Positions 26,432 to 32,199 of a stretch of DNA of 32,199 nucleotides are shown in pieces. The notes under the pieces were generated by a model. The model searched no databases and was not told the DNA's origin. It was given only the letters and a program-made list of their open reading frames with translations. Numbering within the stretch: the stretch's first letter is position 1; the number at the start of each line of letters is the position of its first letter. The stretch is from a virus (taxonomy: Duplodnaviria > Caudoviricetes), in IMG/VR virus record IMGVR_UViG_3300038674_000677, positions 1 through 32,199 of that record; one strand, written 5' to 3'. The position numbers were made by a program, and so were the translations under genes.

Positions 26432-27326
26432 CAGTAATTGGTATAGAACCTCCAATAACTGTATCACAGTTTGGGCAAACCAAATTCTCCATAACTTTAT
26501 TGATGCCTGATTCAATAACTGAATATTTTGAAAGTTCTGCTCTGTCCATTGCTGGAATAGATTTATAAAATTCTACCCAGTCTTCTTTTGGCAGTAAATT
26601 CCCCTCATTATCAATAATTGAAACTGTTCTTATAGCAAAAATATCGGAAATTCCGGAATATTCTTTTCTTTCTTTTGAAGTTAATTTATTTTGTAAATCA
26701 TCAAATTCTCTGGAATGTCTTACTCTTGGCATTGACATAATAACTGTATATTTACTTATCGGCAAATCAATTTTATAAGGCTCTTTAAAATCTTTTGGCA
26801 ATTCATTAAACACTATATCAGAAATTTTAAATCCTGTGTTATATTTGTGCCCACAATTTGGACAAGTAATATCAAAATTGTAAGAATCTCCGAAACTTAT
26901 TTTTCTTAGATAAAAAAGTAAATAAGTATAGTCATACATTAATAAATCCATTGCATCTATATCTGATGCAATACAATTATTGAGAACCATTATTGTAGCA
27001 ACTCCATCAAGTATATATCTTGGGGTTGAAAGAATTTCTTCTTCTCTCATTGTAAGAGGATAAATTTTAATTTTTCCTTTTTTAATATCTTCATCATCTG
27101 TTCTATAAAATTTTCCACCAGATGGTAGAGGAATTATTGAAGGTTGAGTAAAATTAAATTTATTGCTTCTCCTTTCTCTCTTGAAATCTTTGGGTAATTC
27201 TTGTATAGTTTTTTCAACATTTTTTTCTAATGCTGATTTTATAATACTTGAATCAATTTCTTTTACATTTAAATTACTTATTTTTGATAAGTCAATTTTT
27301 AAATCTTTTGATTGGTTTTCATTCAT
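26403..27326 (-). CDS. T4 gp26-like baseplate hub / tail assembly protein
   Basis: LPSGG.FY, PLT.REE.IL, D...LL..LR..S.G, two CPNC motifs, ending in the characteristic FF. Confidence 0.75.
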   Translation of the reverse strand: MNENQSKDLKIDLSKISNLNVKEIDSSIIKSALEKNVEKTIQELPKDFKRERRSNKFNFTQPSIIPLPSGGKFYRTDDEDIKKGKIKIYPLTMREEEILSTPRYILDGVATIMVLNNCIASDIDAMDLLMYDYTYLLFYLRKISFGDSYNFDITCPNCGHKYNTGFKISDIVFNELPKDFKEPYKIDLPISKYTVIMSMPRVRHSREFDDLQNKLTSKERKEYSGISDIFAIRTVSIIDNEGNLLPKEDWVEFYKSIPAMDRAELSKYSVIESGINKVMENLVCPNCDTVIGGSIPITDEFFRFESR

Positions 27327-27957
27327 ATAGTTTAATATCCTTATTATATATAAGCCTTAATATTTTAAAAAAGTTAAGTAAAAATAAAAACGATGTTTAA
27401 AAAAATCTACGATTTTTTTAACGAGTTTTTAAAAAAAATATACGAGCGATAGCGAGTTATATTTTTTATCCTCATTAGGACAACTCTAAAGCATGAAGTA
27501 TATTTAATCAGTTTTATCTTATAAACTGAAAAGAAATAAAGTAATATTTTTCTTTTCAATAAACAAAAGGCTTTTTTGCTAAAAAAGCAGAGTTCCTTTT
27601 AAAAAAATTTTTTTTTGGTTTCTGGTAGTCCTTTTGAAGAATTACTTGTGGGAAGCGCTTTTGTTTACACTCCAGCGCTTCCGTCCTATAACTTGAGTTT
27701 CCTTTCCTTTACTCTTTATCTTTTACTTTTTGATTTTTAGTATTATAATTTTTAATTCTTTTTTTGAACTTTTAATAACTTTTTAATTGGTAATTGTTTA
27801 GGAATTTCTGAATATGTTCTATATATGCGATGAAAGCCACTTTTTTGGGTGTCCGTTTTATCAACTTTTTTTCATACCCAAATGCACAAATAGGTAGTAA
27901 AGATAAAATGGTTAAAATATGCACTTCAATCAATAAAAAAATAGGAAAGATAACAGT
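27327..27957. other. 630-bp non-coding region between divergent genes, with repeats and hairpins (origin or ncRNA candidate)
   Basis: No ORF; ACGA plus T/A-tract repeats at 27390-27445; several inverted repeats. Confidence 0.5.
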
Positions 27958-28932
27958 ATGGGAAATTTATTAGAATTATTATTAGAAGAGTTAAAAGATA
28001 TACCAAGAAATTTTGATGTAGTACATCATACAAGTGTTTATGCATTACAAGGGATATTAAAATCTGGCGTTATTTTAGGAATGAATTATGACGATAAAGC
28101 AACTTCAAATGAAAATACCGTAGAGGTTGCAGTATTAAGAAGAAGTATAGACAAATATATAAAAAGTGTTGAAAAGAAAAAAAAGTTAGAACCAACTTCT
28201 GGTTTAGAAGAATTAACTACAAATGCAGAAGGCGTAAAAATATATATTTCTTCAGATAGGATAAAGGCATCATTAAGAGGTGCCAAAAAGAAACCAATTG
28301 CTGAATTTAATAAATATTTTAAAAAACAATTTGAAAAAAATTTAGAAGAAATATATAAAGAAAGAAACAAAAGATATGGATTCGAGAAAGAAGATTTTGA
28401 AGAATATGCTTTTGAATTAGCAGAAAGAGTAATAAAAGATTATAATTTAATAGCAAGTTCATCAAAAAGAGATTTTAATGTAGATTATGGAAAATATATA
28501 GAAGATTTTAAAAGAAAATTTATGTTAAGTTCTTCTCCATTTTATATAAGATTCTACATAAAACAACTTATAACATCTGCCGTAAGAATAAAATTGCCTA
28601 GCACTTTTGGCAGAGAAGGTGAAGAAAGAATTATTCTTCCAAAAACAAAAAGTAATGCAGGAATTCCGTTATCGCCTTTATATATGAAAATTAGAATAGT
28701 AAAAAAAATTCCTTTGGATAAAATTATAGAAGGAATCAGAAATAGTTCTAAGATAGGAAATGATTTTTTTGAAAATGTAGAAAAATACGATGAACTATTT
28801 GTTAAAGATGTTTTGTTTAAAGAATTTAAAAAAGATATAAAAGAAGCAATAGAAATTGTAAAAAAAGATGTAAAAAATGATGTGTCTGTTATAGATAATG
28901 GAACGCCGTCTATACACTCAAATAATAAATAA
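27958..28932 (+). CDS. ADP-ribosyltransferase-like protein (HxT...L..IL.SG / ExE.R type)
   Basis: VHHTSVYALQGILKSGVI near the N-terminus and REGEERII near the C-terminus; leader MGNLLELLLEE. Confidence 0.55.
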   Translation: MGNLLELLLEELKDIPRNFDVVHHTSVYALQGILKSGVILGMNYDDKATSNENTVEVAVLRRSIDKYIKSVEKKKKLEPTSGLEELTTNAEGVKIYISSDRIKASLRGAKKKPIAEFNKYFKKQFEKNLEEIYKERNKRYGFEKEDFEEYAFELAERVIKDYNLIASSSKRDFNVDYGKYIEDFKRKFMLSSSPFYIRFYIKQLITSAVRIKLPSTFGREGEERIILPKTKSNAGIPLSPLYMKIRIVKKIPLDKIIEGIRNSSKIGNDFFENVEKYDELFVKDVLFKEFKKDIKEAIEIVKKDVKNDVSVIDNGTPSIHSNNK

Positions 28933-28945
28933 GAGGGAAAAGAAA

Positions 28946-30691
28946 ATGTTATTAAATGAAAGTGGGATAAGATTACCTAAAAATACTAAATCAGCAAAGG
29001 TTTTAGCGCATAGTGATATGGATGGATTTATGTCTGCTCTTCTAACGGTAAATCAGTTAGAAAGGCAAGGAATTCCAAAAGATAGAATAGATGTTAAATG
29101 GGTTCAATATGGAGACTATGATTTATTAGATAAAGCAGTAAAAAAGAACAGATATCAAGCAGTGCTGTCAGTTGATTTTTCTGCATTTCCTGTTGTGGAT
29201 TTAGAAGCAACATATAGCACACTTACAAGAATAACTGGTGGAGTTAAAGAAAAATTTGCAACTGATTATTCTAAGGCGAAAGGTACATATCCTTCTTTTA
29301 TGAAGGCTTTTAGAGATGAATTTAATTCTAATATTACAGCAGAACAATTTAAACAATGGGTTGCTAAAAATGTATCCCCAGATGCTGATGTAATAAAAAA
29401 TACAAAAAAAACTTATAATGATTTAAATAATTTTATTAAAGCACTTAACAAAACAAAAAAAGGTGAAGAAGGAAAGAATGTAAAAATCACTGATTTAGAT
29501 TACGCTTCCGACCATCATGATAATACAAAAGATGATTTAACTCCTGGAAAATCTGGGAAAATAGGTAAAACAGAATTTAAATCTGATACCGAGCATTTAG
29601 CAACTGTATCAGCACAAGGATTAATGAACTGGGAAGATTTGAAAGAAATTAGCAAAGTAGATAGTGCTCAATATGATGATTTAGATAATGTTATTTCTAT
29701 GTCTTCAAATTTGAAAGGTGAAGGAAGAAAAGAAAGATTAGCGGTAATGATTAATGCTCTCGTCACTTCTATTATAAAATCCAATCAATCTCTGGCAACT
29801 AAATTGGTTAAAGAAAGTGCTCCAAGTTTAATTTCTGTTTATAATAATGCTTTAAAAATTTCAAAACTTAATGATAACCAACTTAAAATATTTAGTGAGT
29901 TAAAAAAAGACGAACCAAATTTTGAATTAATAGAAAGTTTATCAAAAGGTTTTACTCCTAGCGAAAAGAGAAAAATGTTAAGAAGTGGAGAAGGGAAAGA
30001 TATAAAACCAATCTCTTCAATCGAACAAATGAGAAATAAAGATTTGGCAAGTAAAGAGGCAAATGTTAGCGGAGCAACAAAAGATTTTATTCCAAATGGT
30101 GTTGTTCTTGTTCAGAAAGCAGAAAATATTAAATCAAATCCTCCGAGATATCTTGGCTCTTTGCTTTCAAAAGAAGGAAAAAGATTTCCTTTTATAGTAA
30201 AAAGATATTCAATGCTTATTCAAGTTCAAGGAAATGCCAGCCTTTCAAAGGAAGTAAGAGAAACTATTGATTTAGGAGAAATATGTAAAAAAGCAGTAGA
30301 CGAAGCCGAGAAAAGATTTGGTTCATTTAGTAATAAATGGGCTTGGGATATTATCAGAAAAGAAAGTGGTGGGCATAAGACAATTTGGAATATTTCTGGT
30401 TTAACTACATTAAGTGCTGCATCATTAAGTGGTGCAGAAAGAGGTGAATTAAAATATATAAAAGATTTTAAAGATAGAGTTTCTAAACTTTCTGTGAATA
30501 AAAATAGAAAAGCAGAACTCCTTGCAAATAAAAGCGGAACTTTAAAAAATCTTGAAAAGAAAAAAGGTGAAGCCGATTTATTAAAAAAAGTATCTGATTT
30601 TTTAGTTGATTATATCGTAAAAGAACTTAATAGAAAATATGGACATTTAAAATTAGATAAGTTTAGAGATGACTACGATATCAAAGGATAA
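28946..30691 (+). CDS. DHH-family phosphoesterase (start revised to ATG 28946)
   Basis: HSDMDG..SA, VDFS, SDHHD, VDSA, C-terminal SGGH (DHHA1-like); GAGGG SD before MLLNES. Confidence 0.85.
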   Translation: MLLNESGIRLPKNTKSAKVLAHSDMDGFMSALLTVNQLERQGIPKDRIDVKWVQYGDYDLLDKAVKKNRYQAVLSVDFSAFPVVDLEATYSTLTRITGGVKEKFATDYSKAKGTYPSFMKAFRDEFNSNITAEQFKQWVAKNVSPDADVIKNTKKTYNDLNNFIKALNKTKKGEEGKNVKITDLDYASDHHDNTKDDLTPGKSGKIGKTEFKSDTEHLATVSAQGLMNWEDLKEISKVDSAQYDDLDNVISMSSNLKGEGRKERLAVMINALVTSIIKSNQSLATKLVKESAPSLISVYNNALKISKLNDNQLKIFSELKKDEPNFELIESLSKGFTPSEKRKMLRSGEGKDIKPISSIEQMRNKDLASKEANVSGATKDFIPNGVVLVQKAENIKSNPPRYLGSLLSKEGKRFPFIVKRYSMLIQVQGNASLSKEVRETIDLGEICKKAVDEAEKRFGSFSNKWAWDIIRKESGGHKTIWNISGLTTLSAASLSGAERGELKYIKDFKDRVSKLSVNKNRKAELLANKSGTLKNLEKKKGEADLLKKVSDFLVDYIVKELNRKYGHLKLDKFRDDYDIKG

Positions 30692-30715
30692 ATTAGTATC
30701 AAGAGTATTTTGACA

Positions 30716-30742
30716 AAGGGAGCCACATGGCTCCCTTATTTT
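30716..30742 (+). terminator. Rho-independent terminator
   Basis: AAGGGAGCCA-CA-TGGCTCCCTT then ATTTT. Confidence 0.75.
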
Positions 30743-30758
30743 ATGGAAAGATAAAACT

Positions 30759-31358
30759 ATGAATATAATTGGTTGGATAGTAGATAGAATAAAAACAATA
30801 GGAAGTAGATTTTCATATATGGCATCCAGAGCATTTGGCACGCTATATTATGGAACTATTGTATCATTTACTTATTTAAATTTTAAGCATGACCCATCTC
30901 CAAATATATTGGTCATGTATAGTAATATGAGATATACTCATGGTATTAATTTAAATTATTTATCATATGAAGATAAGCAATGGATTGGTAGAATATTGTA
31001 TATGATAAAAAAAGGAAACCAAATAATAGATGGAAGAACTTTATATCTTATGATTAAATCACAGAGACCGTCCATAGTTAGAACTGCATATAGAATTTAT
31101 AAAACGCAATTTATATCAAATCCTAAAATGGTAAGTGCCGGATTTACACCAATGGAAAAATTAGAATTCCCATCAAACGATCCGTATATTCAAACTTTGA
31201 AAAAATATTTGAGTCCAACAAACCAACCCGCTTATGGGGTTAAAGTTGCTTATAGCGATACAGAATTGCAGGAAAGAGTAATCCTGGCTCAACAGTCAAC
31301 ACCAATAACTTCCGCAACAAGAAGTGCCACTCGGAGAATAGAATCTGCTGTGAGATGA
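30759..31358 (+). CDS. T4 gp2-like DNA end protector protein
   Basis: G.IVSF.Y...K.DP.P..LV......GINLNYL...., and R.Y motif. Confidence 0.65.
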   Translation: MNIIGWIVDRIKTIGSRFSYMASRAFGTLYYGTIVSFTYLNFKHDPSPNILVMYSNMRYTHGINLNYLSYEDKQWIGRILYMIKKGNQIIDGRTLYLMIKSQRPSIVRTAYRIYKTQFISNPKMVSAGFTPMEKLEFPSNDPYIQTLKKYLSPTNQPAYGVKVAYSDTELQERVILAQQSTPITSATRSATRRIESAVR

Positions 31359-31558
31359 ATTTAGATAATACTAATATATATTTATAATATTATTAATGTT
31401 TATATTAGTGTCTAAATTAACAATATTATTGGTATAGTTTACATTTATACTCATTAAAGTTAAAGAAATTATAGTTGCAAGAATAAACTTTTTCATTTTA
31501 TTTATCCCCACAATATAAGTAAAAGAAATAGGTTAATTTTTTTACTTTTTTAGATAAT

Positions 31559-31585
31559 AAAAAAGCCTCCCAAAAGTGGGAGGCT
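31559..31585 (-). terminator. Rho-independent terminator
   Basis: AGCCTCCCA-CTTT-TGGGAGGCT plus a T run on the minus strand. Confidence 0.85.
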
Positions 31586-31606
31586 AATTTATTGTGAGAT
31601 TTAATG

Positions 31607-32176
31607 TTATGTAATGGTGATTGTGAAATACACGTTTGTAGTATATTTTCCAAAAGGGACTAGGCTGTTTTGAGGAACCTCATACTTAAATACTGCGTAA
31701 TCTCTTATTACTCCTCCAATAGTTGTATTTGCGGAGTAGGTAATTCCAGAAGATACTGCGTTTGGAGCTACGATAGTATTAATAATTGCTTCAGTAGAAC
31801 CAACTCTTGTAATCTTGTATCCTAAGTAATAAAGAGCACCGTCTGTTTTCTGCATTGGTGTAGCGTTAATACTTACAGTAATTGGATTAGCGTCTAAACG
31901 TCTTACAAGTACGGTAAAATATCCTTCGACATCACCGGTAGAAACCTCTTCGCCAACATCAATAGTAATTGCATTAAGAGCAGAACCAAACACTGTATCA
32001 AACGTTACAGGACCAGCAATCTCAGCAGTTTTATCTCCAGAGATAATTCTTAGTCCAGAATTAAGAGCAGATTCTGCAACTGTAGCAGAGAGGGTAAAAG
32101 AGGCGGTTTCTGTTGCTCCAAAGACAGCAGAAGTGATAAGCACAAGTGAAAGTAAAATAGTTAGTAATTTTTTCAT
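31607..32176 (-). CDS. Secreted beta-sandwich (pilin/surface-protein-like) protein with signal peptide
   Basis: MKK, hydrophobic stretch, then AVFG/A cleavage site; C-terminal GKYTTNVYFTITI strand. Confidence 0.75.
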   Translation of the reverse strand: MKKLLTILLSLVLITSAVFGATETASFTLSATVAESALNSGLRIISGDKTAEIAGPVTFDTVFGSALNAITIDVGEEVSTGDVEGYFTVLVRRLDANPITVSINATPMQKTDGALYYLGYKITRVGSTEAIINTIVAPNAVSSGITYSANTTIGGVIRDYAVFKYEVPQNSLVPFGKYTTNVYFTITIT

Positions 32177-32199
32177 AATTTTCCTTTAATTAAGTAGTA

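Noticed and set aside
26432-26515. N-terminal extension of ORF 26267-26515
   Set aside because: It lies inside the gp26-like CDS in another frame; only the part after the FF slippery site looks like real protein.
27327-27957. tRNA genes in the intergenic region
   Set aside because: No cloverleaf or T-loop (GTTCRA) consensus visible on either strand.
30710-30740. Plus-strand TTGACA as a sigma70 promoter for the gp2-like gene
   Set aside because: No -10 element at 16-18 nt; that position is the terminator stem.
480-30841. Short antisense or alternate-frame ORFs in the track (e.g. 480-719, 2236-2541, 5076-5411, 12724-12945, 15312-15749, 16842-17381, 28086-28370, 30653-30841)
   Set aside because: They are shadows of well-supported genes, typically Phe/Ser/Ile-rich mirror composition without SD or motifs.

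Overview
AT-rich segment of a large T4-like/jumbo tailed phage genome, read in the standard genetic code. The mostly minus-strand replication/recombination module contains ThyX, a DsbA-like protein, a T4 RNase H-like 5' nuclease, a gp46/gp47 (SbcCD-like) pair, a UvsW-like helicase with a LAGLIDADG intein, UvsX, gp32 SSB and a truncated gp55-like sigma factor. It is interspersed with virion genes (gp19-like tail tube, gp26/gp51-like baseplate pair, gp2-like end protector) and candidate capsid-packaged proteins (ART-like, DHH phosphoesterase, two large Lys/Glu-rich proteins). A TnpB lies at the left edge and a host-like secreted protein at the right edge. The main result is a family-C (DnaE) polymerase encoded as three separate, collinear genes with unrelated genes between them and no functional inteins. 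Pieces 1 and 2 appear to share a duplicated palm segment with complementary loss of catalytic motifs. Other signals are a candidate late-promoter motif (GGAAAGWTAA), a candidate +1 frameshift (TTT TTT CGT) in the baseplate pair, near-identical sigma70 promoter cassettes, and a structured 630-bp non-coding region. All family calls are by motif recognition; no database searches were run.
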